Source of the DNA: a virus
DNA length: 64,000 nt
Reading direction: 5' to 3' (one strand)
IMG/VR virus record: IMGVR_UViG_3300045988_143931
Span: 32,001 to 96,000 of that record
Position numbers and translations under genes: made by a program
Part shown: positions 18,001-25,983 of the stretch, one piece after another
Numbering within the stretch: position 1 is the first letter of the stretch
Layout of the letters: every line of letters begins with the position of its first letter
The notes under the pieces: model-generated
Seen by the model: the letters and a program-made list of their open reading frames with translations, nothing else
What the model was told of the DNA's origin: nothing
The model's database searches: none

Positions 18001-18106
18001 ATTTTGTACCTCTTCTTTCTTATATTTATTTTTGTTAATTGTTTCTACTGTTACATTCTCTCTTCTAAAAAATTAAAAGGCTATTGAATTACCTTTGAAT
18101 AAGTCG

Positions 18107-18126
18107 GTAGGCTTTAACACCTACCA
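18107..18126 (-). terminator. hairpin at the end of the ABC/PspA operon (weak terminator)
   Basis: GGTAGG-8 nt-CCTACC stem just after the 29-aa ORF. The U-tract is poor. Confidence 0.3.
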
Positions 18127-18135
18127 ACCCTTACA

Positions 18136-18225
18136 TTATTTTTTCTTACGCTTTCCTACAATAAAACCTGCTCCAAAGCATATACCAAGACAGATTAAGA
18201 AAACTCCAATGTTTAATACAATCAT
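18136..18225 (-). CDS. 29-aa single-TM micropeptide, last gene of the ABC/PspA operon (hand-called)
   Basis: ATG 2 nt after the SBP stop, with SD GAGGAA. Product MIVLNIGVFLICLGICFGAGFIVGKRKKK. Confidence 0.45.
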   Translation of the reverse strand: MIVLNIGVFLICLGICFGAGFIVGKRKKK

Positions 18226-18227
18226 AT

Positions 18228-19784
18228 TTATTCCTCAATAATCTTGAATGATATGTCAGTTCTTCTGTTCTTCTGCATATTAGTTTCTGAATCGTTAGGT
18301 GCAACTGGCTTTGTGCCTCCATTTCCTACTGTAACAATTCTATCTGCACTAATACCATTGAGAACAAAATACTGCTTAACTGTTTCTGCTCTATTTTTCG
18401 AAAGGTTAATACCATCTTCATCATCATTATCAGAAGCTATATTTCCTTCAATCTGAATAATCGAGCCATCCAAGACTTTAGCAATTTCAATAAATTCATC
18501 TAATTTAGAAGTTGCATCGCCTGAATCTAAGAATTTTGCTGTATTAGCAATAAAGTCTACAGAAGTTGACTTTGTGAGTAATGCCTTTGCATTTATTACA
18601 TCATTCTGATTAGATTCATTAACAACAGGCTTTGAATCTGTAGATGTATAACCATTTGAATCATACTTAGATGATAACTTCTGAATATACGTGTCATCGA
18701 AAAGAGTATCTATAAGACCTGTATTAACATTCTCTCCCATTGATGTCCAGACTTTACACATATCATTATAAATAGTCTTTGCTGTACCATTAAAAAGCTT
18801 AAGATTGTCTGCGTATGTAGTAAGTTTAGCAGATGCGCAATTATCCTTGACATCCTGATTAGAAGCTGTTGAGAACATTGGCATAACTGATTTGATTGTT
18901 GTCATATCCTTTTCATATAAATCTGCTGCCTGTAAAGCTCCATCAATAAAAGCTGTTACAACATCAGGATATTTCTTTGCAAAATCATTATTAAATAAAA
19001 TACCGTCCATAATTAAGCTAGAAGAACTTGCTGTACTAAATAATATATGAGCATCTGACATATTCTTTGCCTGAGTTAAGTAAGGCTCCCAAGTGGCAGC
19101 TACATCAATCTGTCCAGCGAAAAATGCCTTTGCAGCATCATCAGGTGTTGAGAACATAATTAAATTATTGATAATCTTCTGCTTATCAGCATCAGATAAA
19201 TCCGACTGATTTACAAACCATACTACAAGAGAGTGAGCTTCTGAAAATTCAGGAACACCAATTTTAGCATTAACCAAATCCGTTACAGATGTAATACCTG
19301 ACTTTGCTATGATTCCATCTCCACCATTTGAGAAATTAGTTATATATGGCATAATTACATCTATTCCTGCCGTCTTAAACTTTTCTGAAAGAAACGCTGT
19401 TCTATTAATTGTATATCCTGCTGCATCTAGCTTTTTACTGATAATCGCATTACTTGACTGTGTTGCATCATTTATAATACTTATGTTTACTTTAATTCCT
19501 AACTTATCATAAATCGAATTTTCTTTAGTAGAAAGACCGCCATTAGCGTCTATGATCGGCTTCCACCCGATCCATTCGTCAAGTGATAAATTAATTGTCT
19601 TATCATCTGACTTATCTGTATTAATAACATTTCCATCTTCATCTGTTGTTATGTTGAAGTGTTTACTTGTGACAAATCCCGACTTTAATCCAGCGAAGAC
19701 ACCACCACCAATTAATGCAATAACTAAAACCACAATTAAAATTTTTGAGGCTTTAGTAAGTCTAAATCTTTTTGTATTACTCAT
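18228..19784 (-). CDS. membrane-anchored substrate-binding protein (NMT1/SsuA/TauA-like) fused to an OmpA/MotB-like peptidoglycan-binding domain
   Basis: N-terminal TM helix ILIVVLVIALIGGGVFAGL. The central region has the layout of NitT/TauT-family binding proteins. The C-terminus LSKNRAETVKQYF...GNGGTKPVAPNDSE..NRRTDISF matches OmpA_C logic. Confidence 0.65.
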   Translation of the reverse strand: MSNTKRFRLTKASKILIVVLVIALIGGGVFAGLKSGFVTSKHFNITTDEDGNVINTDKSDDKTINLSLDEWIGWKPIIDANGGLSTKENSIYDKLGIKVNISIINDATQSSNAIISKKLDAAGYTINRTAFLSEKFKTAGIDVIMPYITNFSNGGDGIIAKSGITSVTDLVNAKIGVPEFSEAHSLVVWFVNQSDLSDADKQKIINNLIMFSTPDDAAKAFFAGQIDVAATWEPYLTQAKNMSDAHILFSTASSSSLIMDGILFNNDFAKKYPDVVTAFIDGALQAADLYEKDMTTIKSVMPMFSTASNQDVKDNCASAKLTTYADNLKLFNGTAKTIYNDMCKVWTSMGENVNTGLIDTLFDDTYIQKLSSKYDSNGYTSTDSKPVVNESNQNDVINAKALLTKSTSVDFIANTAKFLDSGDATSKLDEFIEIAKVLDGSIIQIEGNIASDNDDEDGINLSKNRAETVKQYFVLNGISADRIVTVGNGGTKPVAPNDSETNMQKNRRTDISFKIIEE

Positions 19785-19795
19785 ACTAATTCTCC

Positions 19796-20533
19796 TTACT
19801 TGTTATATTTTCTCTTTAAGCTGTCTAAATAATCGTTACTGCTATTTTTCTTAGCTTCAACTTCTGCTCTTGCAAGTTTAGTTGACATTTTGTTGTTATA
19901 TACCACCTTAGATCCTTCAACAATGGCATCCAAATCTCTGTTTTTATCTCTGACAGAATCGAGAAGTTTATCGGTTGTAGTTACATTCTTTAACTCGTCC
20001 ATATCATCATAGACTTCCTGTAACTGTTTCTTCACTTTCATATTCTCCACAACTTCCTTACTTTCTCTCTTTAATTTACGGAGATTCTTTTCACACATTT
20101 CCTGTGCTTCTTTTGCGGTATTCGCTGCATCTTCATATGCTTTTATTAACTCAGAATATCTCTTAATATCAGCCATAATCTCTTCTCTCTCGTCAGCCTT
20201 TAACTGTGCCAATTCAATTTTATTAGCTTTCACAAGAGACTCACATTCAGATTCGACCTTCTCAAGCTTCGATTTAAGATTCTTCATATCTTTCTGCGCA
20301 TTGCTTAATTTACCAGCAGCTACCTTGTAAGCGTTGTCTGCCTTGTTATAAGCATCCTGAGCTTGATCAATTTTTTCACCATAAATGGCTTCTGCTCCTT
20401 CTGGTGTTGTTGCCATATCTTTGATAAATAATCTTGTAATTCCCGAAAATAATGTTCTTGCTTCAGGAAACAGAATAAAAATCAAAATGACAACCGCAAT
20501 TACTAAGATAATAATTAGCTTTCCAAGTTCCAT
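19796..20533 (-). CDS. PspA/IM30-like coiled-coil protein with N-terminal TM helix (tentative)
   Basis: After the TM helix there is ~200 aa of heptad-rich sequence whose order resembles PspA/LiaH. The ATG overlaps the upstream stop context. Confidence 0.45.
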   Translation of the reverse strand: MELGKLIIILVIAVVILIFILFPEARTLFSGITRLFIKDMATTPEGAEAIYGEKIDQAQDAYNKADNAYKVAAGKLSNAQKDMKNLKSKLEKVESECESLVKANKIELAQLKADEREEIMADIKRYSELIKAYEDAANTAKEAQEMCEKNLRKLKRESKEVVENMKVKKQLQEVYDDMDELKNVTTTDKLLDSVRDKNRDLDAIVEGSKVVYNNKMSTKLARAEVEAKKNSSNDYLDSLKRKYNK

Positions 20534-21064
20534 TTACTCATTTCCTCCTTCAATAAATTTGATAAGTCCAGAAATTCTATCAACCTCTGCATTGATATTA
20601 TTCTCTGAAGTCTTCATCTCTGACTGTTGATCTGCTATCTCTTTCTCAAGTCTAGCAATTTCTTTTTTATGATTTTCAATTTCAGCCTGCTTATCAATGA
20701 CTATATTCTCTCCTTCATTTAATATTTTTGACAAAACACTATTAAGCACATCAACACGCTGTTCGCCATCAAGTGTTACATCAGTAACCGTTAAGCCAAA
20801 CACTCCAAGAGTCGCTAAAACTGAACCTCTCTTTGTCTCTGTAACCATTTCTTTTGGAAGAGAATTAATCAGTTCTTCAATCTTGAAAATTGACTTTGAC
20901 TTATCTGATAACTCGTTTTGAGTATAAATATCCTCGATAAGTGTATCTGTATGCACCTCATCAAGCTCAACTAAAACCTCTGTGTCTTCTACAGAATAAT
21001 CAGTGTCTACATCATAATTCTCTTCTTCTGGAACTTTCTCTACGAAAAAGTCTCTAAATCCCAT
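20534..21064 (-). CDS. hypothetical acidic or coiled-coil protein (176 aa)
   Basis: SD AAGGAGG. Acidic N-terminus and C-terminal coiled coil (KKEIARLEKEIADQQSEM). Confidence 0.6.
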   Translation of the reverse strand: MGFRDFFVEKVPEEENYDVDTDYSVEDTEVLVELDEVHTDTLIEDIYTQNELSDKSKSIFKIEELINSLPKEMVTETKRGSVLATLGVFGLTVTDVTLDGEQRVDVLNSVLSKILNEGENIVIDKQAEIENHKKEIARLEKEIADQQSEMKTSENNINAEVDRISGLIKFIEGGNE

Positions 21065-21081
21065 TTTGTTTCCTCCTTAAA

Positions 21082-21693
21082 TTAAAATTCTATAATCACG
21101 TCACACATTTTTTGTGCTTCTCCTTTGCTATGTGTAACCATAATTATTGTGTTATTTGTTTCTTTATGCTGCTTGATAATCAAATCTTGCATTTTTTGCC
21201 TAGTTTCAATATCTAATGCAGATAATGGCTCATCCATAAGAATTATTTCTGGATTCATAAATAATGTTCTTGCTAAAGCAAGTCTTTGTCTCATACCACC
21301 TGATAGTTGTTTTGGATATTTATTTTCATTACCTTCCAATCCAACAATAGAAATCATTTCTTTTGCTCTATCAATATCACACTTATTTATTCTCCCTTTG
21401 ACTTTCTGTGCTATCAGAATATTGTCTAAACACTTTAACCAATCAAATGAAGTGTAATTTTGATGCATCATGTAAATATTATTTTTACTTGCCTTAGTAA
21501 CTAATTCTCCATTTACAACCGCATTCCCACTTAACGGTTTTATCAAACCTGCAATTGTTCTTAGTAAAGTTGTTTTTCCACAACCAGATTCACCTAATAT
21601 CCCATAAATTTTAGAATCAAATTGATAATTAAAATTCTTCAATAAAGGCTTGTCTCTGCTATAGCCTGTATATAACTCATTCAATTCAATCAT
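21082..21693 (-). CDS. ABC transporter ATP-binding protein (SsuB/TauB-like)
   Basis: Walker A GESGCGKTT, signature LSGGMRQR, Walker B ILMDEPLSALD, H-loop VTHS. Confidence 0.9.
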   Translation of the reverse strand: MIELNELYTGYSRDKPLLKNFNYQFDSKIYGILGESGCGKTTLLRTIAGLIKPLSGNAVVNGELVTKASKNNIYMMHQNYTSFDWLKCLDNILIAQKVKGRINKCDIDRAKEMISIVGLEGNENKYPKQLSGGMRQRLALARTLFMNPEIILMDEPLSALDIETRQKMQDLIIKQHKETNNTIIMVTHSKGEAQKMCDVIIEF

Positions 21694-22432
21694 TTATATA
21701 CCTCCATTTAAAAATATGTTTTACTAACCATTTCGCAGCAAAATCAAATATAACACTTATAATCATGATTACGATAATAGCCATAAAAACTAAATCTGTT
21801 CTTCCTCTTGAAGAAGATTGCTGAATTATATAGCCCAATCCGTATTTTGCATTAATTGTTTCTGCTACTGCTATATATGTAAACCCAATTCCATACATCA
21901 TGATGAAACTATTTAATACTCCTGGTAAAGACGCAGGTATTTGTATTCTCCAAATGGTCTGTATCTTATCCATTCCGATTGTTAGTCCTGTATCAATCAA
22001 ATCACTACTGACTTCCTCTAAACATAAAATGACTGATGGCATCATATATACAAAAGTTGCGATAAATAAAAATACTATTTTCATTATTTCATCTATGCCA
22101 AACCACATAATCAACAGAGGATAAAAAGCTGTAACAGGAATGTATCTCATAACACTGATAATTGGACTTAATATATCTTTTGCTACTTTTGAGTTATAAA
22201 CTAAAATTGCAATAGGAAAGGCAATAAATCCTGATATAAAAGTTGCTATGGTTATTCTCAAAAACGAATATTTGATAGCCATTATCAATTGTCCAGTTTT
22301 TAACATTGCAATTAAATCTGTAAATACTATCTTTGGATCTGGAACAAATAATTGATTTACATGTTGCGATGCAATATTCCAAATTATGAGAATGGCTACA
22401 AGTAATGCTATTCTTTTTAAAATAATTTTCAT
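21686..22432 (-). CDS. ABC transporter permease (SsuC/TauC-like, BPD_transp_1)
   Basis: Six predicted TM segments and an EAA-like loop region. Overlaps the ATPase gene by 8 nt. SD AGAGGTGAGGG. Confidence 0.8.
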   Translation of the reverse strand: MKIILKRIALLVAILIIWNIASQHVNQLFVPDPKIVFTDLIAMLKTGQLIMAIKYSFLRITIATFISGFIAFPIAILVYNSKVAKDILSPIISVMRYIPVTAFYPLLIMWFGIDEIMKIVFLFIATFVYMMPSVILCLEEVSSDLIDTGLTIGMDKIQTIWRIQIPASLPGVLNSFIMMYGIGFTYIAVAETINAKYGLGYIIQQSSSRGRTDLVFMAIIVIMIISVIFDFAAKWLVKHIFKWRYIND

Positions 22433-22531
22433 GCCCTCACCTCTTTCTATATCTATATTCTCTTTTTAATTTGGGAATTTTTATTGAGCTGAATCGCTCA
22501 GAATTTTTTCAAAGGAAACGAAGTTTTCTTG

Positions 22532-22861
22532 CTAATATTCTTCTGCTATATCATCATATTCGCTTGACAGATATTTAATCAAATCTTTATAAATATCCAA
22601 CTGATGGTCGTATAAATAATTACACAATTCAATATCACTATCGAAAAACTCTTCAATAGCTGTGGAATTAGCCCATCTGTCAAAAGCAGTTCTTGTTGAA
22701 ACTCTAAGCATCCATCTATTTTTTGTTCCGCTATGAGGCTCTACTATCATAAAAATAACTGTATCTGTTCTTGCTTCTAAATGACCTTCGTATTCATAAA
22801 TCTCGTAATCCTGACCATTGTTTACTTTGTCATTCTCAAACCATCTTCTTATATTTTCCAT
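22532..22861 (-). CDS. hypothetical protein (109 aa)
   Basis: ORF track. The ATG overlaps the upstream stop (TAATG). Confidence 0.6.
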   Translation of the reverse strand: MENIRRWFENDKVNNGQDYEIYEYEGHLEARTDTVIFMIVEPHSGTKNRWMLRVSTRTAFDRWANSTAIEEFFDSDIELCNYLYDHQLDIYKDLIKYLSSEYDDIAEEY

Positions 22862-23019
22862 TACCTTACCTCTCTTCTATCCAAAATCTTCTGAATGGTT
22901 TTCTTATCTTTCTCAGATAAACTATCCCAATCTAACTTAAAACTCCCACAATTTTTATGGCGATTCCAACCATCATCACAATCATAAGAATAACGGTACG
23001 CACAATAATCACATGCCAT
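22861..23019 (-). CDS. small Cys-rich protein (52 aa), hand-called
   Basis: Product MACDYCAYRYSYDCDDGWNRHKNCGSFKLDWDSLSEKDKKTIQKILDRREVR. SD AGAGAGGTG. The stop overlaps the next ATG. Confidence 0.5.
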   Translation of the reverse strand: MACDYCAYRYSYDCDDGWNRHKNCGSFKLDWDSLSEKDKKTIQKILDRREVR

Positions 23020-23058
23020 TTATTTTCACCTCTCTTCCAAAGAAATCGAACTTTCTTG

Positions 23059-23481
23059 TTATAAAAACATTTTAATTTCCGCTTGATATAGCGAATCATA
23101 TCCTTGCATTAATTTCCAAACACAGAAATTATGATCATTGCCTTTATCTACAAACAACACGCAACTCTCATTTATATCTTCTATACAATAATTCTCTTTG
23201 ATATAATCAATATCAATACCATTTTCTAATTTACAGTAATAGATATTAAATTTTTCTCTATGAATATAATCTCCAATCATCGTTGTTAATAATAAACAAA
23301 GCATAACTGGCAGTTGTAAAAGAAAAAACAGCACTAATACTTCTTCTGTATCTGTTATAAAGAATTGTCTTATTGCACATATCTCTAATAAGATAATCAT
23401 AATCACAAATAAAATTCCAAAAAACAGATACCACTTATTAGCTGACCACACCTCTTTTGTTTTAATTTTTGTTTTATCCAT
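23059..23481 (-). CDS. membrane protein (140 aa, 2-3 TM)
   Basis: Hydrophobic segments WYLFFGILFVIMIILLEICAI and LVLFFLLQLPVMLCLLLTTMI. Confidence 0.6.
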   Translation of the reverse strand: MDKTKIKTKEVWSANKWYLFFGILFVIMIILLEICAIRQFFITDTEEVLVLFFLLQLPVMLCLLLTTMIGDYIHREKFNIYYCKLENGIDIDYIKENYCIEDINESCVLFVDKGNDHNFCVWKLMQGYDSLYQAEIKMFL

Positions 23482-23524
23482 TTATTTTCACCTCACAATC
23501 CAAAGAAATGAAAATTTCTTCCTG

Positions 23525-23806
23525 TTATATTGGAAATCGTTCTTGTGTATTTTCCAAAAACATATCACTGTTTGGTTTCCAGCCTCCTGAATTCGAAAGA
23601 ATATCTTTTCTAATTCGTGCAAATTCGTCTATATGGTTTCTAAAATAATCAATAGCATCTCTTTCTCGTAAAAACTCTGTGTCATATTCCCAAAAGAAAT
23701 GTCTCTGATTTGTAATAAAAAACGAATTAGTATCTAAACAATAAGCAATGATCCATGATGAATATGTATCATTAAAGTTTTCGTTTTGTTTTAATTCTTT
23801 ATACAT
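23525..23806 (-). CDS. hypothetical protein (93 aa)
   Basis: ORF track. SD GGAGGTGG. Confidence 0.6.
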   Translation of the reverse strand: MYKELKQNENFNDTYSSWIIAYCLDTNSFFITNQRHFFWEYDTEFLRERDAIDYFRNHIDEFARIRKDILSNSGGWKPNSDMFLENTQERFPI

Positions 23807-23853
23807 TTAACCACCTCCATTTTTAAAAAACTTTGATATTTGTCCTCAGTTCT

Positions 23854-24132
23854 TCATTTCTTCTTGCCTAAGTCCCATATAAAAAGATATAATGTACCAA
23901 TAATAATAATTAATTCCATTCCATATCCTATAATTATCCCTGGAATGAATAACGTTACAATTACACTACTTAATATTTTTCCCAATATGTTCCTATTATG
24001 AAATAATTTTTCAAACCAGTTTTTTAATGCTTTATGTGGTGTAGAATTGTCTATTCCTATATCTAAAGTAATTATAAATATGATATTGACAACCACTTCA
24101 ATAATTGCAAATATACCCAATAATACTTCCAT
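23854..24132 (-). CDS. membrane protein (92 aa, 3 TM)
   Basis: ORF track. Strongly hydrophobic throughout. SD AAAGGAGA. Confidence 0.6.
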   Translation of the reverse strand: MEVLLGIFAIIEVVVNIIFIITLDIGIDNSTPHKALKNWFEKLFHNRNILGKILSSVIVTLFIPGIIIGYGMELIIIIGTLYLFIWDLGKKK

Positions 24133-24157
24133 AGTTTCTCCTTTCTTAAATATTTAA

Positions 24158-24230
24158 TGTGCCATATGGGAGTTGAACCCATGACACCTCGATTAAAAGT
24201 CGAGTACTCTACCTACTGAGCTAATGGTAC
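24158..24230 (-). tRNA. tRNA-Lys (anticodon UUU)
   Basis: Hand-folded cloverleaf. Acceptor GTACCAT/ATGGCAC has one A3:C70 mismatch. D arm GCTC/GAGT. Anticodon stem CTCGA/TCGAG with loop CTTTTAA. T arm ATGGG-TTCAACT-CCCAT. No encoded CCA. Confidence 0.85.
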
Positions 24231-24234
24231 GAAA

Positions 24235-24307
24235 CTAGACTGGTGGGATTCGAACCCACGAATGACAGAATCAAAATCTGTTGTGTTGACCACTTCACCA
24301 CAGCCCA
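24235..24307 (-). tRNA. tRNA-Gln (anticodon UUG)
   Basis: Hand-folded cloverleaf. U1:A72 with G73 discriminator. Anticodon stem ACAGA/TCTGT with loop TTTTGAT. T arm GTGGG-TTCGAAT-CCCAC. Confidence 0.85.
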
Positions 24308-24348
24308 TTGTCAGGTGTGGAATTTCACCACACCTATATATTCTCTAA

Positions 24349-25218
24349 TTACTTATCAGTTACAACTGTATTATTTGTTCCTGAAATTGTAACCCAACCA
24401 AACTTATTTCTTGCTTCTGCTTCCTTCATTCTAATAAGCTCATCGGTAATAGAAGAACTTAACTTATTGTTAGCTTCTGCCTGTGCTTGAGCTTCTATGA
24501 GCTGTGCATCGGCTTTAGCCTGCGCTTCTGCCTTAGTTACTTCTGCATCTGCTTTTGCCTTATTAATAGCTGTTTGATTATTAATTTCCTGTGTTTCCGC
24601 AGCCTGCTGTGCGGTAATCTTAGCATTAATCGCTTCCATCGTATTTTCATCTACAGTAATATTAATAAGAGATACATTTGTAATATTAATTCCATATGTA
24701 GAAAATCTTTTATTAAGATAATCTGTTAATGCTGCATTAACATTTGCTCTTTCAGAACCGAGAATATCAGATACCTTATACTGCGCCACGACTTCTTTTG
24801 TCCAAGAAATGATATTAGGCTTAATAAAACTATCTCTTACTTCCTTACCAGATTGTCCTCTAAACCTTGTAAATAAATCAGCGACCTTTTCAGTGTTGTA
24901 CTGATATGTAAATGTTAAATCTAATGTCATAGCCTTACCTTCAGATGAACTAGCTGAAAAACTATCATCATCTTTAGAGTCTCCGTCCTTACCTGCTGTA
25001 AGATATGACTGTTCTAAGCTTACAGAATATAATGTAGTCTTTACTGTGGGTGACTTGAAATGCCATCCCTGTGTTAATACATCACCTTTGATTCCACCCG
25101 ACATACTGTACTGGATTGCAACATATCCCGCTGGAACACGAACTGTTGACTTAAATAAAATTATTGCTAAAAATAGTATCACTATGGCAGATACAACGCC
25201 ACCTACAACTTTCTTCAT
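24349..25218 (-). CDS. SPFH/band-7 (prohibitin-like) membrane protein
   Basis: N-terminal TM helix. SPFH core (VRVPAGYVAIQYS...GWHFKSP...). C-terminal Ala/Gln/Glu-rich coiled coil. Confidence 0.8.
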   Translation of the reverse strand: MKKVVGGVVSAIVILFLAIILFKSTVRVPAGYVAIQYSMSGGIKGDVLTQGWHFKSPTVKTTLYSVSLEQSYLTAGKDGDSKDDDSFSASSSEGKAMTLDLTFTYQYNTEKVADLFTRFRGQSGKEVRDSFIKPNIISWTKEVVAQYKVSDILGSERANVNAALTDYLNKRFSTYGINITNVSLINITVDENTMEAINAKITAQQAAETQEINNQTAINKAKADAEVTKAEAQAKADAQLIEAQAQAEANNKLSSSITDELIRMKEAEARNKFGWVTISGTNNTVVTDK

Positions 25219-25376
25219 TGTTGTTTTGTCTCCTTTTCTTCTTTGTTATTTATTTCATCTGTTACAAGATCTTTTATTTTATTAATAGTAGAATTTCCTA
25301 TTTTTTGAAAAAATCTTGACAGTAGAAACCATATAATCATTAATCCAACTGCAATTAATATAAAAAATACTTCCAT
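25215..25376 (-). CDS. 53-aa single-TM protein overlapping the SPFH start (hand-called)
   Basis: Product MEVFFILIAVGLMIIWFLLSRFFQKIG... SD GGAGAA. ATGA stop-start overlap with the SPFH gene. Confidence 0.5.
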   Translation of the reverse strand: MEVFFILIAVGLMIIWFLLSRFFQKIGNSTINKIKDLVTDEINNKEEKETKQQ

Positions 25377-25391
25377 TTAATTATTCTCCTT

Positions 25392-25547
25392 TTACTTATC
25401 ATTCCATTCCATTTCCAATAGCTCGTCATATGTAGCAGCATTATCAGACAGACTCTTTTCTTTTTCTTCTAACAACTTAATACACATCTCAATAAGCTTT
25501 GGTTTAGAATAATTCTGTAATTCTTCTCTTAATTCTTCTTTATTCAT
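25392..25547 (-). CDS. hypothetical protein (51 aa)
   Basis: Start moved to MNKEELREEL, which has SD AAAGGAGA. The longer track form overlaps the upstream gene. Confidence 0.45.
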   Translation of the reverse strand: MNKEELREELQNYSKPKLIEMCIKLLEEKEKSLSDNAATYDELLEMEWNDK

Positions 25548-25557
25548 TATTCTCCTT

Positions 25558-25773
25558 TCACTCCATTTCTTTATTAACATTAAGACTAGTCTTTCGTTTT
25601 TCTTCGCTAGTTAATAAATCAATAAGTTCTAAAACTTGGCTGTATGCCATTAATTGTCCTTTCATTATTAATTCATTATCTTGAGAATGATGCACTTTTA
25701 AACTATCTTCTCCTACCGCAATACAATCATTAATCAAATTTTTTAATTTACTTAAAGTATTCATTTTTAACAC
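25558..25773 (-). CDS. hypothetical protein (71 aa)
   Basis: ORF track. Co-directional tight packing. Confidence 0.55.
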   Translation of the reverse strand: MLKMNTLSKLKNLINDCIAVGEDSLKVHHSQDNELIMKGQLMAYSQVLELIDLLTSEEKRKTSLNVNKEME

Positions 25774-25967
25774 CTCGCCATAATATTATCTACATCACTT
25801 ATAAGAACATCTCCATCCTTAATTACCCACATACACTGATAATCTTTCTCAGCACATAATTTTGTAAAATCCCCATAAGATTGATATTTACCTGGTTTAG
25901 CCATAGCTCTATAACATTGTTTTCTATTCTTACAAGACTTACTTGTACACATCGTAATATCTGGCAT
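25767..25967 (-). CDS. hypothetical Cys-rich protein (66 aa)
   Basis: ORF track. SD GGAGAA. Six Cys residues. Confidence 0.55.
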   Translation of the reverse strand: MPDITMCTSKSCKNRKQCYRAMAKPGKYQSYGDFTKLCAEKDYQCMWVIKDGDVLISDVDNIMARC

Positions 25968-25983
25968 TTATTCATTCTCCTTC

